A stretch of 47,855 bases of DNA from Candidatus Wallbacteria bacterium GWC2_49_35. GTDB lineage: Bacteria > Muiribacteriota > UBA9980. Position 1 is the first letter of the stretch; each line of letters opens with the position of its first letter. The notes under the pieces are model-generated. The model was not told the DNA's origin. It saw only the letters and a program-made list of their open reading frames with translations, and ran no database searches. Shown piece by piece: positions 28,877-36,760 of the stretch. The stretch spans positions 1-47,855 of the forward strand of contig MGFH01000153.1 in assembly GCA_001791795.1 (NCBI GenBank), written 5' to 3'. Made by a program: the position numbers and the translations under genes.

Positions 28877-30313
28877 TTGAAGCACTGTCTGAAATGCCAC
28901 GAACTCAACAATAACAGCGCCGCGGCCTGCGCCGGCTGTTCCGCGCCGCTGGCCGGCGTCGAAAAACTCGAAGACAGTCTGAGGCCCGAAGACCGCCAGC
29001 GTTTTAAATTCGTCGGCTTCGCCGGCGAAGGAAGTTTCGGCAGGGTTTACCGCTGCCAGGACACTAAACTTCAAAAACTCGTGGCCGTCAAACTCATAAA
29101 GTCGGAATGCCTCGGCAACGAGCTTTTTATAGACCTTTTCAAAAGAGAATGTGAATTTTCAAAGAACATAGGCGAGGAACACCTCGTATCGACCCTCGAT
29201 TACTTTGTGGCGGGCGATTACGCATATTCGGTAATGGAATTTATCGAGGGAATAGAACTGAATTTATATTTAAAGAATAAAAAATCGCTCTCGCTCGATG
29301 AATTCAAAAAAATAGCCGTGCAGATCGCCAACGGCCTCCATTTTTTCCATTACCACGGCCTTCTGCACTGCGATCTGAAGCCTTCGAACATTATGATAAA
29401 TCCGGAATCGCTCAAACTCAAACTCGTCGACTTCGGGCTTTCGCACTTTAAATTCGAGGAAAATATACTCGAAAAAGACATGGTCGGCGGAACTCGCGGC
29501 TATATGTCGCCGGAGCAGGAAGCGGGAGGAAAGGCCCTGACGGCCGCGAGCGACATATATTCGGTCGGAGTGATATACTACGAAATGCTCACCGGCATAC
29601 GCCCGGAATTTAACGAAATGGGCGAACCGGTTGCGCCTTCGGCATTCTGCGACGTTCTTCTTTCTTCCGCCGACGAAAATTATTTCAGCGACGAAAGCCT
29701 CGACGTCGAGCAGATCAGCAGAGAAGTGGTCAACGTGATCGATTATCTCGACCTGATCGTCCTTCGCTGCCTTCAGAAAGAGCCGCGGAGCCGGTTCAAG
29801 TCGATCGAAGAGCTCAGGGCCGTCGTCGAAAAAGCCGGACACGACTTCAAACTCGATATTATAATTGAAAAATCCGCCGCGGCCGCGGCTTTCGCCGAGA
29901 CAAGCGCGGCGGGAACGCCGGATAAGGAGACAGCGCCGGCACCCACTCCAGTCAAGGAAGGCAGCGCCGTGAAAAAGATAAAGCAGAGTACGCTCGTGAC
30001 CAGGGTGCTCTCCGCCGGACCGCCGCCCGAAGAACCGAAAACATCTAAAACGCTGCTTTTAAAATATAATAAACCCAGGCCCCAGGCCGCCCCTGAAACC
30101 AAAGCCGCCGAGCCGTCTAAATCCGGCGGAACGGCCGGATATACAAAACCGGCTCTAAAACCGCAGCTGGAAGACAGGCCGCGAAAAAGAGGGACCGTTT
30201 ACAAAGGCGAAAACAACGCCGATATGCCTATCGCGCAATACGCAGTCACGGCCGTTATCGTCATAGCCGCCGCGGCCGCCGCCTTTATGATCTATTCGAA
30301 ATATTTCAGCTGA
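28877..30313 (+). CDS. Hanks-type Ser/Thr protein kinase with N-terminal zinc ribbon and C-terminal membrane anchor
   Basis: GEGSFGRVY, VAVK, HCDLKPSN, DFG, GTRGYMSPE and SDIYSVG. CLKC...CAGC at the N-terminus; hydrophobic AVTAVIVIAAAAAAFMIY at the C-terminus. TTG start with SD AAGGAG. Confidence 0.92.
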   Translation: MKHCLKCHELNNNSAAACAGCSAPLAGVEKLEDSLRPEDRQRFKFVGFAGEGSFGRVYRCQDTKLQKLVAVKLIKSECLGNELFIDLFKRECEFSKNIGEEHLVSTLDYFVAGDYAYSVMEFIEGIELNLYLKNKKSLSLDEFKKIAVQIANGLHFFHYHGLLHCDLKPSNIMINPESLKLKLVDFGLSHFKFEENILEKDMVGGTRGYMSPEQEAGGKALTAASDIYSVGVIYYEMLTGIRPEFNEMGEPVAPSAFCDVLLSSADENYFSDESLDVEQISREVVNVIDYLDLIVLRCLQKEPRSRFKSIEELRAVVEKAGHDFKLDIIIEKSAAAAAFAETSAAGTPDKETAPAPTPVKEGSAVKKIKQSTLVTRVLSAGPPPEEPKTSKTLLLKYNKPRPQAAPETKAAEPSKSGGTAGYTKPALKPQLEDRPRKRGTVYKGENNADMPIAQYAVTAVIVIAAAAAAFMIYSKYFS

Positions 30314-30739
30314 TTAATTTAAATTAGACCTGATTATGGTGACCTGATTTCCGTTGTCGTTGTAGGCGACGCTGGTCATCATATTGTTGATCATGAACAG
30401 GCCGCGCCCGCACAGCTCGTAACCGGTGAAATCGTCCCCGCCCCTGAGCCTGGTGCTTCCGCGCCAGTCGAAACCGGACCCCTGGTCTTTTATGGTTATT
30501 TCGACGCCGGCCGAGTTGATTTTATAAGTGATCTCTACAAGCAATTTTTTATTGTTCTTGTTGCCGTGCTTGATCGCGTTAGTAAGGCATTCGTCCAAAG
30601 CGACAGCTACGGCCATTTTTGACTCTTCGTCAAAATTATGGCCGGCCATTTCCAGAAGGACCGACTGCCTGACGGCTTGTATTTTCGCGATGTCGGAATT
30701 GATCGACAACCGCTTTTCGATGGTTACCGTTTCTACCAT
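30314..30739 (-). CDS. RsbW/SpoIIAB-like anti-sigma factor kinase (HATPase_c_2)
   Basis: ALDECLTNAIKHGN, IKDQGSGFD, GRGLFMI and YNDNGN. Confidence 0.88.
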   Translation of the reverse strand: MVETVTIEKRLSINSDIAKIQAVRQSVLLEMAGHNFDEESKMAVAVALDECLTNAIKHGNKNNKKLLVEITYKINSAGVEITIKDQGSGFDWRGSTRLRGGDDFTGYELCGRGLFMINNMMTSVAYNDNGNQVTIIRSNLN

Positions 30740-30747
30740 ATCGATAT

Positions 30748-30776
30748 ATTATAATACATAATCCAACGAAAATCAA
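30748..30776 (-). promoter_or_regulatory. Sigma70-type promoter immediately upstream of the RsbW-like start codon
   Basis: Minus strand TTGATT-N17-TATAAT, ending 8 nt before the ATG. Confidence 0.6.
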
Positions 30777-30988
30777 TTTAAATATCTTTTTTATATCTTT
30801 TTTCGCTCAACGGTATTCAATAAATACGCAAAACGATAAACAGATGGTCGTTTGCCATCCAGCACGGTGCTCAATAAAAGCACAGCCGGACGGGGGCCGG
30901 CATTTTTTTCGCTAAAGTAAATGAAAATTTGAACGATAAAATATAGATTTCCGTTTATCGGACGGGCTTAAGAACCTTTTAAGATCTT

Positions 30989-31004
30989 TGGCATACTATA
31001 TGCT
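30989..31004 (+). promoter_or_regulatory. Putative sigma54 (-24/-12) promoter
   Basis: TGGCAT-ACTAT-ATGCT, with exact GG-N10-GC spacing. Confidence 0.55.
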
Positions 31005-31222
31005 TTAATATGCTGACCAACTTTATGTAACCGCGGGCCGGACCGGAAAAAGAAAGCAGAGAATTGAGAATCCATACCGTTCAAAGGCCGCGGTTAAATA
31101 AAAGTTGTTGCTGTTGTAAGGAAACAGGGAAATTCAAAATTACTATAAAATATTGATCAGATTCCATTCTTATAACATAAATTTTACTTTAATTTAAGAG
31201 TTAATTTACAGGAGACTTCACC

Positions 31223-32008
31223 ATGAGATTTTTCGCATTATTTTTAATATTATTCATTATCGTGTTCATTTTTAATTACAATATCGGCTCCGCCTTCGCC
31301 AGCGCTTCCAATTCGCCTGACGCCTGGTCCAACGGCATCACCGACGCCGCCATCGAAAACCTTCCAGACGCCGATTCCCCTTATACCATTGAATGCGGCC
31401 CTTTTAAAAACCGCGAAAGCGCAAGGCCGGTAATCTACTCTCTGGCAGGCGAGCTTCAGACGCCCGGTTATTTCCATCTGATCCGCAAGGCAGAAGAAAC
31501 CCCACAGGACAATATTTTAGCGGTACGAGTCGGCAAATTCTCCAGCCTCGAGGAAGCGCAGGAAAAACTCGGCGGAGTGCAAAAGGCGCAATCTTATCCC
31601 AATCTCAAGATCGTATGCGCCGCGAACGGCAGCGACGAAATTAAAGACCTTGTCATGCTCGACGTTTTATACGAAGAATACGACGAAGGTTCTCGCTATA
31701 CCGGTCGTCTCGTCCTGGCATGCACCCCCGAGATACCTCATTCAGTCAAAAATTTCATAAATTACTCGTCCGAAAAAAACGAAGTGAGAATACCCATACA
31801 CCTCACCAGAATATCTTCCAACGCCAACGCCGCGATCAAACGCATCAGAAATCAGCAGCACCAGCTAATAAAAGACATCGACGTTGAATTCGACGAGCAG
31901 TTCGGCTGCCATGTGCTGATATTCAAAATGAAACGCAGGATCGAAATCGCCAGGATCAGCCAGTACGCGCCGATCATCGCTATCGATTTCGAAAAAATGC
32001 CCAACTGA
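31223..32008 (+). CDS. Secreted protein with SPOR-like domain
   Basis: Signal peptide ending AFA; YTIECGPFKNRESA...VRVGKFSSLEEAQ resembles the two SPOR half-repeats; SD AGGAG. Confidence 0.6.
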   Translation: MRFFALFLILFIIVFIFNYNIGSAFASASNSPDAWSNGITDAAIENLPDADSPYTIECGPFKNRESARPVIYSLAGELQTPGYFHLIRKAEETPQDNILAVRVGKFSSLEEAQEKLGGVQKAQSYPNLKIVCAANGSDEIKDLVMLDVLYEEYDEGSRYTGRLVLACTPEIPHSVKNFINYSSEKNEVRIPIHLTRISSNANAAIKRIRNQQHQLIKDIDVEFDEQFGCHVLIFKMKRRIEIARISQYAPIIAIDFEKMPN

Positions 32009-32012
32009 TAAA

Positions 32013-32045
32013 ACAGTGCATAGTTTACAGTGCATAGTGCATAGT
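32013..32045. repeat. Short direct/tandem repeat (ACAGTGCATAGT x2 plus GCATAGT)
   Basis: Read directly, just after the SPOR gene stop. Confidence 0.7.
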
Positions 32046-32095
32046 AATATACGGACAAACAAAAACAGAAAAAATACAAATACAAATAATAAAAG

Positions 32096-32129
32096 AAAAG
32101 CGGCGCCGTGATATGCGGAGCCGCTTTTT
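32096..32129. terminator. Bidirectional intrinsic terminator between convergent genes
   Basis: AAAAGCGGC-G-CCG...CGG-A-GCCGCTTTTT. Confidence 0.75.
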
Positions 32130-32241
32130 ATTTTAAATTCGGACGGAGTCTATCTAAACCCGAATATATTTATATTGACATAAACTTAAAATTTATAGTT
32201 CCCCGCCGCCGCGGCGGAGATGAAAAAACTATCCGACAAAA

Positions 32242-33504
32242 CTATCTGCTGAAATTCTTTAACTTTTCGAGATATTCCGCGGCCTCTACGACTTTATGCG
32301 TAATTAAACGCCCGAACCAAATGCCCGACTCCGACGGATCTATTTTGACCGGCCCGGCCTCGGCCTGGTTCATCGAAACGAGCTTGCCGGCGTCGCTTAT
32401 CTCTATTATAAGAGATTGGCCGGCGCCAAGGGACCTTCCCGCGGCGATGCCTGATTCGAAGCCCACTTCGGCGCTTCCTTCGTGAGCGCTTAGTTTGATG
32501 ACTGAGCGGTTGGAGGAGTCGGAAGGCTGATTCGACAGCGAAAATAATCCGCTTTTAACTTTAAGCTTCACGAAATTTCCGCCGTATATGGTCGTATCTG
32601 AAGACTGCTGCTCGGCTTTTACAAGTATCTCTCCGCGCTCGAGTTTCAGATTCGCCATATTCAAAAATTCCAATCTGCTTTTCTGATTGACGAAACCGAT
32701 CGTGCCGTCATTGAGTTTGAAGCAGGTTATCCCTTCGTTGGTTTCCAGGACCTGATTATATTTTACGAGAGGGGTTTTGAACAGAGGGGCCTTCTCCCTG
32801 GCATTTTTGACGCCCACTATGCCCGTCGTGGTTTCATAAAGGCTCAGATATTCGCCTATGCAGTCGGCGCCCTTGCCCAGGCTCACGAGACTGTCGTCCA
32901 GAGGCTCCGCAAGTTCGGTTTTGAACATGAAGGTCTTGATGAAAAAATTAATATCGCCTTCGGAATTGGTGAAGTCGGACCTCGTCGGATAATAAAAAAT
33001 TGCCGCGTATATCCGCGCGTCGCGCGCCGCGGTTTTTTTTATGTCCTGCGCCAAAATGACGCGCACGTTCGAAAGATCGTTCCTGTCCTTGTAAATAATG
33101 TCGCGAAACGCGATGTCGTTGTGGCTGAACTCGTTTTTGAGAAACACCGTGTTGGCCTTGTCCATCGTTATTTTTTCTATCATGACCTCGTACGCCCTGC
33201 CGATGTCATCGCCATACATCTTCGCTTCAAGAGGGCTTATGCTCAGAAGCACGTTCTGGCTGTCGTTTTCGATGATCAGCGACATCGCGGGAGTCAGATT
33301 GAAAAATAGCTGCTCGTTCAAGGGATTGTCGAACCAGCCGGCCGATTTGAGCGAAAAATTAAAAAGGCCTTCGGGATGGACGAAATGCATCGCGGCTGAA
33401 GCGGGAGCCGCGAAACACGCCGAAAATGCCACAAGCATTATCAGCAGAGCGGAAAGCGGACCAAAGCCGATCTTAACGGCTGAAAAAAGATTATTACGGA
33501 CCAT
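32242..33504 (-). CDS. Secreted protein with PsbP/DUF1795-like N-terminal part and FecR-like C-terminal domain
   Basis: Signal peptide ending ASA. FecR-like LETNEG...LNDGT...NQKSRLEF...LKLERGEILVK...AHEGSAEV...LGAGQ. The N-terminal fold call is weak. Confidence 0.55.
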   Translation of the reverse strand: MVRNNLFSAVKIGFGPLSALLIMLVAFSACFAAPASAAMHFVHPEGLFNFSLKSAGWFDNPLNEQLFFNLTPAMSLIIENDSQNVLLSISPLEAKMYGDDIGRAYEVMIEKITMDKANTVFLKNEFSHNDIAFRDIIYKDRNDLSNVRVILAQDIKKTAARDARIYAAIFYYPTRSDFTNSEGDINFFIKTFMFKTELAEPLDDSLVSLGKGADCIGEYLSLYETTTGIVGVKNAREKAPLFKTPLVKYNQVLETNEGITCFKLNDGTIGFVNQKSRLEFLNMANLKLERGEILVKAEQQSSDTTIYGGNFVKLKVKSGLFSLSNQPSDSSNRSVIKLSAHEGSAEVGFESGIAAGRSLGAGQSLIIEISDAGKLVSMNQAEAGPVKIDPSESGIWFGRLITHKVVEAAEYLEKLKNFSR

Positions 33505-33576
33505 AAAATCACTCCTGTATAATTAATTTAACTTCATTTTTCATTTCTATTAATTTGATGATAATTTGCCGATATT

Positions 33577-34401
33577 CTATTTTCTCCCCGTGAGAAAAAA
33601 ATATATTATTGCGAAAGCGCCGAATATGAAGCGGTACACGGCGAACGCCTTAAACCCTCTGGTCTGTATGAATTTCAGCATGAAACTTATCGCGAGGTAT
33701 CCGACAACCGCCGCGCTTAAAACCCCCGCGCCGAACTGGGCGGCCGAAACGCCTTCGAGTCCGGTTTTGGCGATCTTCACGCCCTTTAAAACGCCTGCGC
33801 CCGTTATTATCGGAATCGAAAGCAGGAATGAAAAACGCGCGGCCGCGTCGCTGGTAAAGCCGAGCAGAAGCGCGGCCGTTATGGTCGTGCCGGAACGCGA
33901 AAAACCCGGCACCAGGGCGAGCGCCTGGGCGAGCCCTATCAGGATGGAGCTTTTCAGCGTGATACCCTCCAGGCCCAGCGTTTTTTTGCCGTACTTATCG
34001 GAGACCAGAAGCACGAAGCCCATTAAGATGAGCAGCAGCGATATCAGATTGACCGAATCGCGAACCGAGTTCTCTATGACGTCTTCGAAAGCTTTGCCGG
34101 CGATGGCCCCCGGGATGGTGGCCAGTATTATGTAATAACACAGGCGCGACTCGAATGAGACCGAAAACGAGCGTTTGCGGACCGACTCAACGAAAGCGCG
34201 CAGGAGCTTGATAATATCTTCGCGGAAATACACCGTCACGGCCGCGAGCGTACCCAGATGAAGGGAAACGTCGAACGCCTGACCGAAATCATCCCAGTTC
34301 AAAATTTTAGGAACCAGGATCAGGTGCGCAGAGCTGGATATGGGAAGAAATTCCCCCAGCCCCTGTATTATGCCGAGCGTTATGGACTGAATGAACTGCA
34401 T
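33577..34401 (-). CDS. uppP: Undecaprenyl-diphosphate phosphatase
   Basis: GIIQGLGEFLPISSSAHL, HLGT, QALALVPGFSRSGTTI and AARFSFLLSIP. Confidence 0.96.
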   Translation of the reverse strand: MQFIQSITLGIIQGLGEFLPISSSAHLILVPKILNWDDFGQAFDVSLHLGTLAAVTVYFREDIIKLLRAFVESVRKRSFSVSFESRLCYYIILATIPGAIAGKAFEDVIENSVRDSVNLISLLLILMGFVLLVSDKYGKKTLGLEGITLKSSILIGLAQALALVPGFSRSGTTITAALLLGFTSDAAARFSFLLSIPIITGAGVLKGVKIAKTGLEGVSAAQFGAGVLSAAVVGYLAISFMLKFIQTRGFKAFAVYRFIFGAFAIIYFFLTGRK

Positions 34402-34491
34402 GAGACCTCCGATTTTTAAAAACTCGCTCCGAAAGCGCGCCGGCCCAAAGCAGCCGCTTCAACGGGAGTTTAGTTAGTTTTTTATTTTCAC

Positions 34492-36687
34492 TTAAATATT
34501 GTTTTTGTTATTAAAAGCGTTGTACGAGTTAAAAAACAAATAGGCCGCGCGCTCCTCCTGTGAATCGTTGGAAATGGATTTCAGCGAAACGCCGTAAACG
34601 TGCTTCAGGGCGTTATGCACCACGCGGACGTCGACCGCCCTGGCTATGGCCTGGTAAGCCTCGCAGTCGGATTCCGGGCACGCGTCGTCGCGGCCGCCGT
34701 CCGTTCCGAACGCCGGCTCGATGAAGCACTTCAAAAAATCAAGAACGCGTTTTTCCTTTCCCTCGAAAGTGCCGGCTACGTATTTTGACGTTTCCTCGCG
34801 AGATTCGCGGTGGGCCCAGAAATGAAGAAGCCGCTGGGCGTCTTCAGGGAAACTGATATAAAGCGGAGCTTTATGGGCCTCGCGCTTTATCCTCTCGAGA
34901 AGGAGCTCGGCCAGCTCGTGTTCGTCTTCTATCGGCAGGATGCGGTTCAGCTCGCCCTTCTCGTCGGTCGTTTTGAACCATTTGAAGCATTCGAGCGAGA
35001 ACGGAAGGGGATCGGCCTCCGATATTATCGCGCGGGCCGTTTCGTTCCTCAGGCTTATCGACGAGATATTGCGGACGAACTGGCCGATGAGTATGCCTGC
35101 CTGCGAGAACGCCGTGGTGAATGAAAAAGCTGTCCTGGGACGGCTGAACGAACCTCCGAGCTTCGAGACGGCTATCGCGAGATTTATATTCAGCGCTTCC
35201 GATATCTTCTTCTCTTTTTTCATGAGTTTTAAAATAAGGTTTTCGGCGCTTTTACGGGCGAGCATTTTTTCGAGCTCGCGGGCGATATCGTCTACAGTGC
35301 CGTGGCGGGCGCGCTCGAGAAGCGTTTCGATCTCCGCGTCGTTGACGGAGTCTTCCGAGACCGTATATGTGAAGTAGCGTGAAAAATGCTCCTCGGAGCA
35401 GATCCGGCGCTCGCGGCCCCACTTTTCCTCCCATTCGCTGCCGTAGTGAAAATTGTCGAGTATTCCGCACAGCTTGGGAAACAATATCTTCAAAAGATAT
35501 TTGGCGGCCTCGCTTTCGTCGGTCGTGAGGCCCTCCAGGCCTTTATTTATAACGTCGAGCGTTTTCTGGCGTATGACCTGCTCGTAGTTCAGATATAAAT
35601 TCAGTTTTCCACCCAGGAATATTTCGGCGTTGTCGCGTATAACATCGTATAGCATAGGATAAAATACCCTTATGCCCTCAATGAGCATGAGGTCGGACAG
35701 GTTGACGCGGCCCTTGAGTATCGGCATCGAAAAGCCCAGAACGTTGCGGTAGCACTTCGCGATGCGCGGAGTCTGCAGTTTTATTTCAATACCGTAAACG
35801 AAGTGGACGACGAAGGCCTGCGCCTCGTCCTCGCTGAGCCTGATGCAGGTCTCCCTGAGAACCTCGTCGACGCAGTCGAAAAAGAACTTTCTGAGCGAGA
35901 GTTTATCGGCGGTCGGAAGATAAAGCGGCACCTGGACGATCTTTTCAAGAAAGCTCCGCCCCGCGTCACGGATGCCTCCGGTGCCGTATTTTTCGCCCAG
36001 CGCGGCGGAAACCATTTCTTCGTCGAAGGCCAGAACGTATGCCGTATGGTTGAAATCGGCGGAAAGTTTTACCAGCTTGAAGATGTTTTGTATCTCGCAG
36101 CGGTCGAGACGGTCAATGTCGTCCATAAGAATGACTATGCGCTTGTTTTCTTCGTTCAAAAAATTTTCTATGCGCTTGCGCACGTCCTCGAGCTCGACCG
36201 AGGAGAGGACCTTGGCGATATTTTTCATCCCTTCGCCCGGCGACAGCTCGAATACGAAAGGCATCGACACAGAAAGAGGCGCCAGAATGCCCGCGTAATG
36301 GGCGAACCACTGGCCTATTTTCTCCTTGTAGGAAACCGCCGACCGACCGAGCGCGTCGGCTATGGTTTTAAAGAAATTCTGCAGCAGGTGGACCTCGTCG
36401 CTGAAACGCCAGGGGTTGAACCGGACGCATATAATGCCGGGGTCGGCGTTGAGCTCTTTTTCTATGAAATTCAGCACGGTGGTCTTTCCCTCACCCCACG
36501 CGCCATAAATGGCCACTACAAGACTTCCCGGATCGCGGCGCGAACAGATCGTGCCGGCGACGCGGCGGGCGAAATTCCACCGTTTGAACCTGTCTTCGGA
36601 AGGATCGTCAATAGGGACGTCCGAAGCGAAAACGTTAGTTCCGCCCGGGCTGAACTTTTTACCTGTTTTGATTTTATCTTTTGACAT
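34492..36687 (-). CDS. KAP-family P-loop NTPase with long helical C-terminal domain
   Basis: N-terminal SDVPI...EDRFKR; Walker A GAWGEGKTT; FNPW; Walker B ILMDDIDR; FLEKIVQVP; TPR-x-x-K. Confidence 0.9.
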   Translation of the reverse strand: MSKDKIKTGKKFSPGGTNVFASDVPIDDPSEDRFKRWNFARRVAGTICSRRDPGSLVVAIYGAWGEGKTTVLNFIEKELNADPGIICVRFNPWRFSDEVHLLQNFFKTIADALGRSAVSYKEKIGQWFAHYAGILAPLSVSMPFVFELSPGEGMKNIAKVLSSVELEDVRKRIENFLNEENKRIVILMDDIDRLDRCEIQNIFKLVKLSADFNHTAYVLAFDEEMVSAALGEKYGTGGIRDAGRSFLEKIVQVPLYLPTADKLSLRKFFFDCVDEVLRETCIRLSEDEAQAFVVHFVYGIEIKLQTPRIAKCYRNVLGFSMPILKGRVNLSDLMLIEGIRVFYPMLYDVIRDNAEIFLGGKLNLYLNYEQVIRQKTLDVINKGLEGLTTDESEAAKYLLKILFPKLCGILDNFHYGSEWEEKWGRERRICSEEHFSRYFTYTVSEDSVNDAEIETLLERARHGTVDDIARELEKMLARKSAENLILKLMKKEKKISEALNINLAIAVSKLGGSFSRPRTAFSFTTAFSQAGILIGQFVRNISSISLRNETARAIISEADPLPFSLECFKWFKTTDEKGELNRILPIEDEHELAELLLERIKREAHKAPLYISFPEDAQRLLHFWAHRESREETSKYVAGTFEGKEKRVLDFLKCFIEPAFGTDGGRDDACPESDCEAYQAIARAVDVRVVHNALKHVYGVSLKSISNDSQEERAAYLFFNSYNAFNNKNNI

Positions 36688-36760
36688 TTAATACACTCTG
36701 CTGATATACATATCGGTTTATCATAATATTTTAATTTAACAACGGGCGTCGAGCGCGGCG

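Noticed and set aside
30826-30860. c-di-GMP-I riboswitch resemblance (GGCAAAC and ACGCAAA words)
   Set aside because: The two words lie on opposite strands, and the GNRA-capped P2 and P3 arrangement is absent.
32013-32045. Possible CRISPR mini-array
   Set aside because: Repeats are 12 nt with 0-2 nt spacing, and there are no cas genes in the window.
32175-32199. TTGACA as an antisense promoter into the FecR-like gene
   Set aside because: The nearest -10-like hexamer (TATAGT) is only 13 nt away; spacing is incompatible.
35803-36684. 293-aa plus-strand ORF (and 44889..45752, 287 aa; 39542..40414, 290 aa)
   Set aside because: Each is antisense to a clearly conserved or better-supported gene and has no recognisable motifs.
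26623-36687. Whole region as a defence island or prophage
   Set aside because: No integrase, transposase, att-like repeats or phage genes; the kinase pair and KAP NTPase are separated by envelope genes such as uppP and have similar base composition by eye.
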